A DNA stretch of 64,000 bases. It comes from Phoronis australis (taxonomy: Eukaryota > Animalia > Phoronida). The position numbers were made by a program, and so were the translations under genes. Below, in pieces: positions 1-14,147 of the stretch. Each line of letters begins with the position of its first letter. Within the stretch, counting starts at the first letter, position 1. The notes beneath the pieces are model-generated. The model saw only the letters and a list, made by a program, of their open reading frames with translations, was not told the DNA's origin and did no database searches. Where the stretch lies: assembly GCA_002633005.1 (NCBI GenBank), contig NMRA01000038.1, forward strand, positions 207,154 through 271,153, read 5' to 3'.

Positions 1-1606
1 GAGCTTGGTAAGAAATGGCAGCTCGTTATTGCATGAAGCCCGCTATATATGGTGGCTTGGGTTACTTTATGCGCTGAACATGGCTCATGAATAAAAAGAC
101 GAGACCAGATTCATAACGATAAGTTTTCTCAATCAAAGTTAGTTTTTCGTTTGTTTCTTTTTGTTTTTTTTCCTTTTTTTGACCCAGGGAGGGTTCGTAT
201 TTCGGAAGGAATTATGGGTTGATCTGTTGATTGTTTGGTGCACCCGGTAGTTTCGTAGCGGGATTGCGTATTGGCGAAGTTCATAAAATAAACATGGTTG
301 TAGGTGAACGTTATGGCTATAAACGTGAATATCTCTGTGCAGTAGTAGTCGCATACAATGCGGACACTGGCGAAATACTGAGAATCCCATCAATATTAGC
401 AACGAGGCCCTGTTGTCTGTCTGTACGTCTCGATAATATTGGTAAGCAGAAAATGCCGTAAAATAAACGTTCATAATATGATAATGTTATCTTTATTACT
501 CATTAATTGTATTGTTAATGATAGTAAGAATAGTATTGCTATTCAGGATGAAGATAATAGCAACAAAAGTCTTGATAATTACGATTATTTGTTGCATTAA
601 CACGGTGATACACATTGTTGTTTTGCAGAACAACGCTTTTGAATTCCTGCAACTCTTCCATGGTGTAATTTTCTTCTGTAGAGATCCGGTGGCGTTCGGC
701 ATGAGGCCATTACGGGGATGTTAAATACTGAAACTACATTCATGTTAAAATTGATATAAATAGTTCAAATTGATTTACGGGGTGTTCCCCTGTTTAAACG
801 GTAATTATGACAAAGCTGAGATAAGTAGGCCTAATGTGCACCAGACGACTGACATCAAAGTTTAAAACTCTTCCCACTGAATGACTTCATTATACACTCG
901 TAGAAGCACGTGATTCGCCGTATGATCATCACTTACCGGTAAAACATTTTGAGGTAGGTAAACAGTGTGTCCTCTTATGCGAACGTACTGTCAGCGTAGG
1001 ATTAACATGTAGTCGAAACTTGGTTGTTTTCAGGTATTGCTATTCGTCATCAGGATGAGAAATCAGACAAATTTTGTCACAAAGTTTCCCGTATTGTGCC
1101 GTGTAGCTGAGAATCTTTCGACATGATTTTTCCATGTATGAATTTGTTGACGACATAGAAACTGAGAAAACAAAATGCGAACTCATATGTTTACTATTGA
1201 TTTTCAGTATTTGTGCAAACCAAAGTTTGTAAAATATTGATGTAATATCGAAAGTGTACTTATACTCAATCCTATATCATTACTTTTAGCTGTAAGCCGC
1301 CAATAGCTTGACGCTGAATATTTCAAAATGAACACATCTTCACATTCCATTATACGTGACTTATTACCCCGAGGATGTCAAGTATCTTGTCACTTAGCAA
1401 ATGACAAGCTCATTATATAGAGTTGTTGTCTTATTGAGCAACTGATGAATGGTGCGTCTGTTGTCAGTGATGAAAATAGTACACTACCCATATAGCTTGC
1501 AGGTGGAGGAGTCGCTGCAGCATCACCAACAGCGGCAGCACTAGTATTATGCACGTTTTGACAAACATCCCTCTTGCACTGCCCACACAGTTTGTAGGTG
1601 GAAGAA

Positions 1607-1687
1607 CAGCAGAAACAGCAGCAGCAGCTACAGCAACAGCAGCAGCAGCTACAGCAACAGCAGCAGCAGCAGTAGCAAGAACAGCAC
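1607..1687. repeat. Imperfect (CAG)n trinucleotide repeat
   Basis: Read directly. Confidence 0.9.
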
Positions 1688-2335
1688 CGTTATTATACGT
1701 GTAGCAGACGTATTAATGAAGCAAAAATTGACAAACACCTCTCTTATATTATCTTCGGTATACAATATCCAACCCTCTTGTTTGCGATTTTTCTGTGCTC
1801 GTAAACCGCTCCAGTGCTTCGAAACTTTACGAATGAGCATCGTCCATTTCGCGCAGACGCGTAATTATGTTTATTGGTCATCAAATTGCGATTTGTTATT
1901 GAATTGTTTTTAACAAGGTGAGTGAGTCTAATTAATAGGCGTTTTAAAGTGCTATTACCGAGCGCAATGTAGATTTGATGGTGCATGTATGTTTACTTGT
2001 CCTGCATTGCTTTCTGCATCCTTGGACTAGCTGCGACTGTCGGAATTAGTTTCGTTTCGATTGAATTAAAACTCTTGAGGAATTTTTTTCCTACCACGGC
2101 ACTTTCCACTTACAGTTCTAGTGACGGTACGGTATAAACATGAAAGGGATTGATGAACTCTCATAAACGGCTATAAAAATCCCTTTCTACTGCAGCAATT
2201 GGTGCTCACTAGTCAAAAAGAAAATCACTCCAGCGATTGGTATTATGTGAGATCCGAGTTTAGAAAGATTGTCCAATCCTGAGTTGATGACTTTTAATTA
2301 CATCAGTTTTTGGCCATAATAGGATCAAAAAACAT

Positions 2336-2672
2336 ACAATCGCCGCACAAATGAAAAAGTTCACATTGATTTGACGTTTCGCCTATTTATTAGACATCAT
2401 CGGGTTATAAACAATAAGACCTTAAGTGTCGACGGACATACCAGTCGGGTTACATCCATGAAGTGAAATGAGTGTAGGCCTATACGTGTAGCAAAAATGA
2501 CAGAAAATAGAAAATAGTTCATTGTTGCTACACTGTAAACTCATTTCACTTCATGCATGTAACCTGACTGGTATGTCGACACTTAATGTCTTATTGTTTA
2601 GAACCTCATGATGTCTAATGAATAGACGAAACGTAGAATCAATACGAACTTTTTCATTTGTGCGGCGATTGT
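2336..2672. repeat. Long foldback/inverted repeat (~160-bp arms, short spacer), MITE-like
   Basis: acaatcgccgcacaaatgaaaaagttc pairs with gaactttttcatttgtgcggcgattgt; complementarity continues inward (cataccagtc/gactggtatg, gaagtgaaatgagt/actcatttcacttc). Confidence 0.85.
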
Positions 2673-3332
2673 CCGGGGTTTTTTTGTTTTTGTTTTTTCT
2701 TTTTTTTTTGACTTTTGACTCTCAATTGACTTCCCGATGCCCTGAACGATATGTTTGGGTATGGATATCATTTTCCATGAATGCATTGAGAGGTTTGACA
2801 TTTGTTTTATATGATCGATCGTGTTTTGAGTAGTGAGTTGAAGAGAACATCGTTTTAAATATTCAAACGGATTTCTACCTCAAGAGAAGAGAAGATCATT
2901 CAGGAAATTGCATGTGTGTGTGAAACCTGTCGTTCTTGTTTCACCAACCTCCCTCCATAAGGTCGTGTGGAAAGGGCATCGATGCACGGCAGAGCTTTAT
3001 ATTTGTAGTAACAGTATGAATAACAATTGCGCGTGAATGCTTCTTGTGCTTTATATAGACTGTTTTGAATTCAATAAATGATTCCCGTTGAAATAACAAT
3101 GGGTGTTACACAGGAAGGGTGAAAACTTCTACTGCTGAATAGTGTCGCATAGTATATACAGTGATGAACGCTGAAGATTTTAGAACAATTATTTCAAAAT
3201 CACCGTTTTTGAGGTAAACGACATAAATACTGTTAGCCGATCTTCCCACAAAACTCTTTAAATGCGCAATGGAGTGAACTAACTACTCAATGGGAAGATT
3301 ATAATATTCAGTCGAATAGAATATAGGGTAAC

Positions 3333-3648
3333 CAGTGGCAGATTTAGGGGGGCAAGGGCCACGCCCCCCCCCCCCTAAAATTCTCCCAGATACCATTTGG
3401 CAGTTCGGGGTGCGAATTGCTGACTAGCATATGTTCGCACCCAGGGGGGCTTGGGGGGGGGGCGAATGCACAATGCATAGGCCTTGAACAAACCCAATTT
3501 ACCGGGTTTTTTTAGTAATAAGGTCCACAAACCCAAAATTTCGAGACCCCTGCATCCCTACATATTAGGCTGGGCGTGCGCATGTGGCGAAATTCTGGTT
3601 ATTGCTGGGTCCTGCCCCCCCCAACTCAAAATCCTGGATCCGCCCCCG
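3333..3648. mobile_element. Non-autonomous DNA transposon (CAGTGGC...GATCCGCCCCCG) with 5-bp TSD GTAAC
   Basis: Imperfect TIRs, G/C runs, and GTAAC on both sides. Confidence 0.75.
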
Positions 3649-6600
3649 GTAACTTCTAGTGTGAACGTAGTTTAAGTCATTAAGTTATTCAAAATGTGTC
3701 TAATTCTCACATACAGTGGCCCACTGTTTGTTTAAAAGAAAGCTAATTTTTCTTTCACCTAATTGCTGAATTACCGTACGGTTTGACCAATGAACCAGGT
3801 AGGCCTAATCCTCGGCAATTATTCGTTTTCGTCACGGTTAAAAATGTCAGTGCGATGAGTATGCCGGATAACACTAAGGTGGTAGTCAATATGTATTAAG
3901 AACGCGTAATCACAGTTAAGACCAAATCAGCTTAACAACAAATCTCATCCTTTACGTAAACTTAGGTTTGTTTTAAACGCGTGCACAGTTGGCGTATTTC
4001 TTGTGCTAATTTTATTGCTGTTTTGTCTGACAGTATCGCCAATGCATTTAAAATTGATTGAACAGTTCATAGTTTATATTTGTTTTAGACTTGTCGCTTT
4101 TTTCAGGCTCTTTGATGACAAATCCGAGCTACAACTGGATTCTGCAAGAAACAGCTTGAGTCAATAAATGACGTAATTTTATGCAACTGTCTGAAAAGTT
4201 ACGTAGTGGTCCTGTTCTCATGACTAATTCAGGAAGTGTAATCTAATTACGGTAATTGAATGAGCTCTTAAAGTTAGTTGATGTTTGGAATATATCGGCG
4301 AATTTGTGTTCGAGATACATGTTTATGTTTTTTGTAATTTGTCAATTGAAGTTTTGCACGGAGCAAATGTCAACTGCCTAGTTTTCTACTCATCATTCGT
4401 TTTTCTCTAAAATACTGTACTTAATTCATTGGTTCATAATTTCCTCGACTATTATTGATCTTGCTTTAGCTTGACTTTTCGAAAGGTTTAAGGCGATGAA
4501 CCTGCTACATCCATAGTATGGGTTCAAGGTCATGCGATTCTTGTTTACATCATTCATCACCAGAAATTGGGTGCGAGAATCGGCTTCACAAAAAATGCCA
4601 TCGAGCATCACTACAAGATTAACGTCACCAGGTCACGTAAAATGCACACCTTTATTGGTGCTGCTTTCAACTTATATACACCTTTGTTACGTCATTTGTT
4701 GTCGCACCGGCGTTTCAACTTATTTTTGATGTTTTACGTATTACCTTTGCATGTATAGAGGCAGTGTTCGATTTTGCACGCAAATACCTGCGCATTATGG
4801 TTTACGCTAATGACAATACAGTATGTTCGGACTTGATAGCCCTTTCATATCATAAATTCAATTTTGAACTCAAATTTTTAACTTAAATCTTTGGGTTCAT
4901 CAACAGTTAACTCGGATAACAAGTTGGTCTGTATTCGAGCGTGTGTGATACTGAAAATAAGAAACTTTTCTCAAAATCATCAGCTAAAATGGAACAGAAA
5001 CTATTAATTTAATTCATGTCCGAAGCCAAGTTCGCTATGAAAGCCCAGGGTGGTGAGTAACTATGATGTCGTCCGGCGAGCTTCTTACCACGTGGGATCA
5101 CGTCAAGGACAACGTGCAATCGTAAGAAAATACAAGTTTTAAAAACTTCATTGGAAAACACACTTAAAGGATCATTTGAAAACCACGATTGACATTTGAT
5201 GGGCGTTACGGTTAAGGTATAAACGTGCTGTGCTTTCTGTCAAAATAACAACTTGTGATTTAGGCCACTTAGTATATTATAAAATCGGTCTCATTACGTT
5301 CATTGCTCAGTGATCACGTCGGGCTGATTTTGGACGTCGATACATAATAATGCAGGGGAATTCTAAGAGTTCTGTTGTAATTAAAGAATGACTCTGCTTT
5401 GTAAGAACAAAACACCTGTGAAGAAAGTAAGTTTTGACACCAGAACTGTGATTTATAGCTTAAAGCAGTTCCAATAATATAACAGACTTTTTGCAATAAT
5501 CAAATTGCAAGCTCAGGCTGTATGTTTCAAGATGTAGAGACGCTACCACTTTGTTTCGCTGTGCCCGAGAGCACGTGAAAACATTTGGTTCTGATATAGA
5601 GTGGTGCGCACGCTGGTTCTTCATATTTATGTTCAATTAAACCAATTTACCAAGATCTGCGTTCTAATTGAAATTCAAATGTATTGTTTCATCTACCTAA
5701 TTGTATTACGTTCCTCTTACCACACTACCGACTCAACTGTTTAATTCAATTAGTCCTTTCGTAAAACGGAACGGGATCAATATTTTTTGCTTCCCATTCG
5801 CGAAACAAATGCGCATATTGGAAATAGTTTGAAAAATTGCAAAACCTTTTGTAAAACACACAAACACAACCGTTAGATATTTGTATAGAGCGTGCTTGTC
5901 AATACGAGCCGAATTGGTCTCCATTGTTAGATATGAGTAGAAAGTACGTCGACAACACATTCCTTGTTCAATTACTTTTTCAGTGATAAAATATTTACCA
6001 AATAAACTTGTCTCGACAGATGTGTTTACGTACATGGTAAGGATGTTGAAATTATAGGAAATGTTGCGGCTTTAGTGAAATCGTAACAGAAATTGAGGGC
6101 GTAATTTGTTTTGTAATTACGAGTAAGTAAATTAAATTCCCATGCCAGTTTCAACTGCAGTCTTCTACGCAGAGCCTGTAATGCGCATAATCTAAGTCAT
6201 TGGCAATCGTTGCTTTGAATGTCACGTCTCGAACACAATCCCTGTTAGCGTTGCAAAGACTGGTGTAATCCCATCTCTGGCATCTGGTTCTTTAGTGGTC
6301 ATCTGAACATCAAAAACGTCTTAATTGACGTGACTTGAGTCATAATCTAGACGATAAACCTGGGTTGTGATCACCATGCCCACTGCTTACAATTTCGCTC
6401 GAACACGTCGCTTTATAGTACAGGCTGTGATCTTATTTTTCTGTATATCATAAAGGTTATCCAAAAAAGAACAGCGTGCAATTGAAATCATTCTGCAGCG
6501 GTTGAGTAAATACTTGTCTCAGAAAAAATACAGAAAGTGAGAAAATTAAGAGACAATTTGAAATAATGAAATACACTTCCAAATCAGACCTCACCATGGT

Positions 6601-9600
6601 AAAGATCTGACCAAATGGCCTCGCTTTCGAGATTTATAATAGAATGCTAATAATGTGTGTGTTCCTGAGATATTTAGAATGCTAGCCTCAAATGCAGTCT
6701 ATGGTTCACGCTAGTAGCCACGGCAGATTATTGTCATCTGGAAGCGTGTACCCTTACGACAACTCTATTTGGCAGATTTCGACTTGGCCAACTTTGCTAT
6801 GTATAGTATGATCCTCGCGATTGGGTAGTGTATTGAAATAATCTAGTTTGTCGGTAAGCGTGTCCAAACGGAAGCAGTTTCTCCTAGAAACACCAGTGGT
6901 CTCCTCACAAACAACCCACTGATTTGTGTTAGCCTTCTCTGGAGCCACCGTGAAAATAATGATTACAATCTGAATAGTCCAATCTGAAAAAATTGCCAAT
7001 TTTAAGAAATGACTGCCTTAAATGTGAGGCTAGTAAATTCGTGCACCGCGCATGGAGATCTGATTTCCTTCTTGAATTTGAAAGTAGATGGTCTCACAAC
7101 GACGTACATGTAGTAATGGATGTGCACTGTAAGACATAAGATTGGTCAGCAAAACGGAAGACGTCATCGTGAACCAATAGACGTCTTAGGACCCGGTGGA
7201 ACTGGTGAAGTTAATCAAACGCAGCCAATAAGAAACTAGTAGTTAATGAGAGGCTTTAAGTTGAAGAAAGACATGACAATCAAAACGGTGTTGTATATGA
7301 CTTAATATCGCTGCCAGTCAACATGTCTAAACCAAATTTGAAAATATCTTGTAGAGGTAGAAACGCTGATTACTTTTCCATGTTCCTCTATAAGCGGCTT
7401 AAAAGTTTGTGTTCTAAGTGACTCAAAAATTGAATCATTCATTTACATATACTTTTCATTTCCCACACACCATTTTTCTGAATCCTTCCGTACAAACAGA
7501 CAAAGGTCCCTTGTGTCATTGTGTGATAATTCGGTCAATTGGAGGTCCAAGCTTTTGCGCTATCGCGCGTTCATTACATCCCATTCATTGTGTACTTAAC
7601 AAAAGCATAGCGATCATTTTCAGAGATGAGATCACAAAATGATAACTTTACAATTTTCAAATCAATTAAATTGTTCTCACAAAGTGTAAATGTAGAATCA
7701 AGAGCAAACTGAAAACGATGCCAAAAATAGTCAAAAGTCCAAAATTCATATAACCTATTTATAACTGAAATTAGCTTCGACCTTAGGTATGTTTATCTAG
7801 GTAATGAAATGAAATCGTGAATTGCACCCTGCTAAAAATCTCCGCCAGAAAGCACCATGTTCAAGTCAGTAATCGGACCGTGCCAAAATTCTCGAAAAGC
7901 ATGACACTGTGAATTGGATGAGACATTCAAGTACTATACTTCTGTAATCCTAAGATTACATTTTTTGAATTGACTGACAATTCCTTCCCATTGCATTTAA
8001 AGTGGAACTGGCTTCACTATAGGAGTGAAGTATGGAAAAGCAAGTACCTATGTCGACACAAGAAAAAAATTAACTTCATTTGGGCACCGAACAATGCTTG
8101 GTGAACTCTCTCGGGAATAGAGCAACGCAATAGGTCACTTGCTACATACATGTAGCGATTTCCCCAGAAATCAATAGTAAGCATGTACTCGTCTTGAAAA
8201 TCTGAGAGTTTGGTGGAGAATTTGATGGTTGTTTGCTTTTCTTTCGCTATTCCAACAAGAGACCCGTTTTATCAACGGTCGTAAGTTCAAGCCTACATGT
8301 AGCTAAGGCAAAAGCACAATTTATCACTGAGATTTGTGGAGGAGACTGTGAAGGCCGCTGATGCACGAGTCTAATTTTGGGAAGATTGGCAAACCCTGTC
8401 TCCCCAAAACCGCTACAGCTTAGTTATAAGCATTTGGGCATTTTGGGGCCTCAATTTATCCCTCGGGGGTCTGCGCATGTGCGAACTTCAATCATTACAT
8501 CAAGTCACGTGACTCAAAATTGTGAATCCCGTTGAAAACGCCGGAATACCTATGCAGTGTACACCAGAAAACAGTTCAAAGAATGAGAATAGCCGTCAAC
8601 TACGACTTTTGAGATCTGCTACGATGAAGCCATGACTTTAATCTTCTCTTGGCTTAAACCTTTTGCTGAAAAAATGAAATTCGCACCTCACACACTAATT
8701 CCAGCTCGTTTCGTTCCACAGGAAACATTGCGTGCAGAAATGAGAATGAAAATTCGAATATCGGACAGCCATTGCAGGAGTAGAATGTTACATAAGGCAG
8801 ACTTGAAAGTAAACTTGCGTGGGACTAAGACATGCGATTTTTTTCGTAAACTTGTTTCACTGACTGTGGGCGATACATTCATCGGAAATCTTACTTGGGA
8901 AATTCAACTACATAAATAAAGTGTTCATAAAAACTTCAAGGTATTCAATGAGGTTTATTTATTTTGCTCGAAAGCGTAAACTTAGTTTGTTTTTCGGTGT
9001 CCGCATAGGTTGTTTACAATGATAACAATGATTCGCTCGTTGGTCAATCGAGCGCTGAAGACGGTGAATTAAAAAAGTTGATTTCGCTTGTTTTTAACAT
9101 GTTTTCATGAGCAAACCAGGTTCACTGAACCTACATGTAATTCTTTCCTCAAAAGTGCCGACAAACCTGGCCTACCTCAAATATTTAATTTCTAGGGACT
9201 GCAAATTGAGAAATTGACAAGGACGGGCACGTTGATGGGGCTTCATTCAGTGGAAATGGGGCCGTAGGCCTCAGTAATGCATTTCGCTGCATCCAAAGAT
9301 GCCTTTGTGTACCATTGGCGACACCCCAGCTTTTTATTTGTCACTAAATGGAGTTCTTAATGGGGTGGCTGCATGCAAATAGCATAGTTAATGCCGTAAG
9401 AAAAATAAGAAATGACACGATAATGTCCAAAAATCCATCTATAATACATATCCAAAAGGCATTTGGCCTGCCATTCTCTGTCTTTGAATCAAAACACAGA
9501 TATTCGCAGGCATTATGAGACATACATTTGTACACAATGTTTGACCCAACGTAAATGTAATGCATATGGAAATGCAAAAGTCTCACTGTTCCTTTGGCGC

Positions 9601-9604
9601 GCAT

Positions 9605-10272
9605 TTGTGTTTGGTTCTCACAAACGTCAGCTAGCTTTGGAACAGCTAATAGTTCATTGGCCTTCAATTTTGTAGACTTTATCGACCGGAAACGCAATGA
9701 AAGAAAGATCCATTCTATACATGTGACACACGTGGTTAGAGTTACCATCAATATTTTGTTCCTGTGATCTGTCGGAGGTAAAAAATAATAGTATGTTTCT
9801 AAGGCCTATGTAGTAGACCCGTCTATAACAGTCGGTTTTCGCCGGATTTTCCAGATGTATCCGCAAAATTTCTACGTGAGTCGGAAGACAGCTAGTAATT
9901 CCTGAATTCTTGTATTCATACGATATTTTTTTAAGATTNTTGTGTTTGGTTCTCACAAACGTCAGCTAGCTTTGGAACAGCTAATAGTTCATTGGCCTTC
10001 AATTTTGTATACTTTATCGACCGGAAACGCAATGAAAGAAAGATCCTTCTATACATGTGAGGCACGTGGTTAGAGTTACCATCAATATTTTGTTCCTGTG
10101 ATCTGTCGGAGGTAAAAAATAATAGTATGTTTCTAAGGCCTATGTAGTAGACCCGTCTATAACAGTCGGTTTTCGCCGGATTTTCCAGATGTATCCGCAA
10201 AATTTCTACGTGAGTCGGAAGACAGCTAGTAATTCCTGAATTCTTGTATTCATACGATATTTTTTTAAGATT
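9605..10272 (+). repeat. ~333-bp direct duplication across the N at 9939 (assembly overlap)
   Basis: 9605-9938 is nearly identical to 9940-10272. Confidence 0.9.
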
Positions 10273-13200
10273 CGCATGGTCGAGCCTTTTATGCCGTGCT
10301 TCAGAAGTCGCCCCGATGTTGCGACCATCATCATCTTTACGAAGGTTTTCAGTAGTCAACATATTCACCCATTCATTATCATTTGACTCACTGACTTATC
10401 TTCTGCGCGGATGACACTATAATTTTATCCTCTTCCAGGTCAACCTCAGTTCCCATTCCCTGCAGCGTCCGTTTCCCTAAGTTTGTCACCAATTTCAGTA
10501 TCCCAATCGTACCTTCGTCGCATAGACCTCCTAATGAAAACTGAAATCCCCTCGTCGGAGGCACAGATTTAATCTTTGGGCGGAGGTATCTTCAAAACGA
10601 AAATTATTGAGGGCCTCTTGCACCCGTTCGCCCATTACCGATGGTCTAGCCGCTGAACGGACATATACATATAACATGTCCGCGGGTTTACTGGTGAAAA
10701 TTCTGCCACTGCTAGTGGTTAATGAAGGCAATTCAGTAGGCAATTTTTTTAACAAAACTGGATGTTGAGAACAACATAGAAGTAGTCTATTCTTTTTATC
10801 CCCCGGAGAGGCTTGTCAAATACAGACAGCTAATAACATATTCATTCGGGCACAATCACAATACACAGTTAAATTGGTGATAAAAGCCTCTGCATAACTC
10901 AGAAGCCACTGGGACATTCTCATAGTAAGCCCCAATTCACCTATTCCGAAGATATGATATATTTTACCTTTTCACTACTCTAGATATATACCCGGGCGTA
11001 CGTACACCTTCCCAAACAGGGGACTTAATACACGGAAAATGTGCGAGCTTAGGGCATCACTTCTAAGTTTATTTGGTGGGCAAGACAAAAACTGCTCAAA
11101 TAAATTATGAACCGATAGAATTTCAGACTTACCAAACGAGCACTTCCGGTATATATTGATGCCTGTTTGTATATATATCTCGCACTGAATGACAGGGTAT
11201 TTACTTTATTTTTGATTATCGTGTAAACATTTATCAGTCAATTGGGCGATGATGAGGCGATTAAAGCGTTTAGTTAGGCAGTTGATTTCGCACAAGAATA
11301 TACTTACTGTCTGCAGACAGTTTATTGATTATGCAATATCTTTGCATGGAGAAATTGCGTAATTCGATGTAGTCGAAATCGATCTTTTACGGTAAGAGTG
11401 AGAAGTCATCTGCGCAAGGAATTGTGGGAACTGCAGTTCGCAACGTCACCGACAATGTGTGACGCCTCGTATCGCACATTCTATGAGTATCAAAACTCAA
11501 GCTTGATAACTCGGGGTAGAAAATCTCCCACCCCCATGACCTACACGGGCGTTCTAATGAGCTAATGTCATTTTCTAATTAAAAGAGACATTGTCGGTTT
11601 TACAGTCGAAAAGCACAGTATTGATAATTAAGCTGCTAGGTATACACTTATTTGAGTTTAGGCTTTGACCAAACAACAAAACCCACTGTGCTTTGTACCC
11701 TGTAGGCCTGCAATTGCTAATCTATAATACAAGCAGAACTATGGCACAGGCGGAGAGGTAGGCTATTCCTGCTTCGTAGTTGGACTGTCTCAGAGATTTC
11801 CAACATTTCCCAATACGTCTACTCTAGCAATTAGAAGCGCCGGGGCGCACAATTTTGGAACCCGGTTGATGTTCTATCGATGCATTCAGATCAGTTAGTG
11901 TTATGTAATATGAGTAGGCAACTAACGGAACAGACTACAATTAACTGTTCGCAACAAACTGTACCGCTTGAAACACTTTATATACCACCTAAACTTGAAA
12001 TCCCAATATACTCCATAAACCCCATATACCCCCTTAAACCCTTGATATACCCCGTTGCGCCCCCTATGAATGACTGGTTATTCTATCAGGATGTTTTATC
12101 TTATTAAACACACGCCCACATTTTCATCATTAAAATAAAAGATGATCAGTAAATAAATGCAGCATTTTAAAATCACGTCAAAACATTATAATATCATGCA
12201 GAATTTAAAACCTAATAAGAGTCCGGCGCGGCAAGCTTGAGCTATTGATCTTTTTACGGACTGATGTACGTCATATATTCACGGATTAATGGATACTGTG
12301 CATCCTAACAGGCCAGCACCGTCACTAGACTTGTGTATATACGATTTGAAGAGACCACTTCACAGTAGCATTTAAACAACCAGGAGTTCAGTTTATCATA
12401 GAGTCAGTGAACGAGTGAATGTCTACCCAATATCAACTGCCAGATCACCGAGTAGACGATAGCAAACGTAACACTTGATTGGTCATATCCCAATGCTTCA
12501 ATGCGCACGCGTTGGTTTTCTCTATCCTTTAAAAGTCAATTCATTGAGCGTGTTACTTTGACGCAAGACATACGCCAGTTAACGAGTGTGATCACGGTAT
12601 TCGCTTGTGAAGCATGGTAATGTCTCGCGAAGACTAGCGTGTGATCTCGCTTTTCTCGTAAAGGCGTGACTGTGACGGAGCGCAGCCATGGTCACTTCAA
12701 AATGGCTAACGCTAATGTCTTAAAGGTGCTGAGTCCGAGTTTGACGAATGCGACGGCTAAAATTCAAATTAAACGGAACATTTTTGCATGTTTTACATCG
12801 AAACTAAACACGAGTCTTTGATCCAGGTATCAGCAATTCTAAAAGCCGTGTGTCCTTGCATTTTCTAACAGTAACCGCAGGAAAATGTAATTGAGCTACC
12901 CGGAAAAATCATTGTCACTGAAATGCCAACGACATCAACTTGAACTCCGTTGAGCGCGTGATGATTGGATCGCATGTCAGAAAGTTGAATCGGCTCTGCG
13001 GGAGAAGCCGAGCATGAAAACGAACAATGGACTTGGCAAGGTTTTATTGGATCGGCAAGGTCGAATGCTTTGCGGGAAAAACTGGATTTGGAAACGAACA
13101 TCGAACTCGCCAGCGTTTTAGTAAATCTCTAACTTCACCAATTAAAATCAACGGGTCACTTAAATTTACGATTGATCGTCGAAGTGCTCACATTTCAATG

Positions 13201-13423
13201 TCTGCCACCTTTTAACCATTATGGGAAACATTTTTACGGGGCACTGTTTACAATGTATGCTGAATACTTAATTGCGTTGGTCGTGAGACGAAGCTATTTT
13301 ATTTTTATCTTGTCTATTAAAATAGACGTGTGCGTTGAAAAAATAAAAAAAAGTTCGAGAAAACTTATGAAATCTTGTCTTTCAATTCCAAACAATTAAG
13401 AACCAACCAAAAAACAAGGATTC

Positions 13424-14147
13424 TACAATTAAATTATAGTTCCGAAGTCTCAAAAGCGGAGTCAAAATGGGTCAACGAACTGAACGTAAACACAACTAAT
13501 TTTTCATGGGAAGAAGTTCATTCCCTTCAATATAACACAACAAGAGACCCAAGAATTAGGTGGCTTCAGTTCAGACTCTGGACGAGAATTTTGACTACTA
13601 ACTCATTTTTAAAAATAATTCAAGTTACGGATGACGACTCTTGTTCCTTTTGTGGACAATCGAAAGAGACTTTGAAACACTTATTTTGGGATTTGAAACA
13701 GTAAATTCATCTTGGACAAAAGTTAATAACGAAATTCTAAACAAAGCAAATCCCCAGTGTGCCGGCACTCTCTCCTGCAACAACTTTATTTTTTGGCTTT
13801 TTTGATAAAAAGAAAATTTTAAAAACATTGTATTATTATTGGGTAAACAGTTTATTTATACCTAAAAGTTTGGATCAAAAAGATTACTTCTAAGTAGATT
13901 TTTTAACTTCATCAAAGAATATTATAGGAGTGAAAAGTATAATGCTCGTAAGGATTTGAATTTAGAATTCATACAAAAAAGATGGTGTAACTTTGAAACG
14001 GTTTTTCTTAGCAGTCAAGGGGATTAGTTCTGGGGTATGCGCGCGTGTGTGTGTGTGTGTCTGTGTGTGTGTGTGTCTGTCTGTCTGTGGTTTTCTTTGT
14101 CTTTTTGTGGTATTGCAATGTTTTTCCCAATAAATGTATAAAAAATA
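13424..14147 (+). mobile_element. 5'-truncated Tx1/L1-clade LINE (C-terminal RT zinc-binding region, 3' UTR, A-rich tail)
   Basis: WLQFRLWTRILTTN...CSFCGQSKETLKHLFWD (zf-RVT), then frameshifts and stops; AATAAA at 14129; A-rich tail; 16-bp TSD CAAAAAACAAGGATTC at 13408-13423 and 14148-14163. Confidence 0.88.

Noticed and set aside
629-681. QRF*I resembling the MsrB1 Sec motif RFUI
   Set aside because: No MsrB CxxC or other MsrB sequence upstream; a four-residue coincidence
5016-5052. MSEAKFAMKAQG followed by gtgagt as the receptor's first exon
   Set aside because: The phase fits but there is no hydrophobic core and no other support
9605-10272. Real tandem duplications here and at 17441-18279
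   Set aside because: Each junction is exactly a single N, typical of unmerged contig overlaps
10420-10760. Minus-strand ORF remnant, possibly LINE ORF1
   Set aside because: No diagnostic motif I can name with confidence
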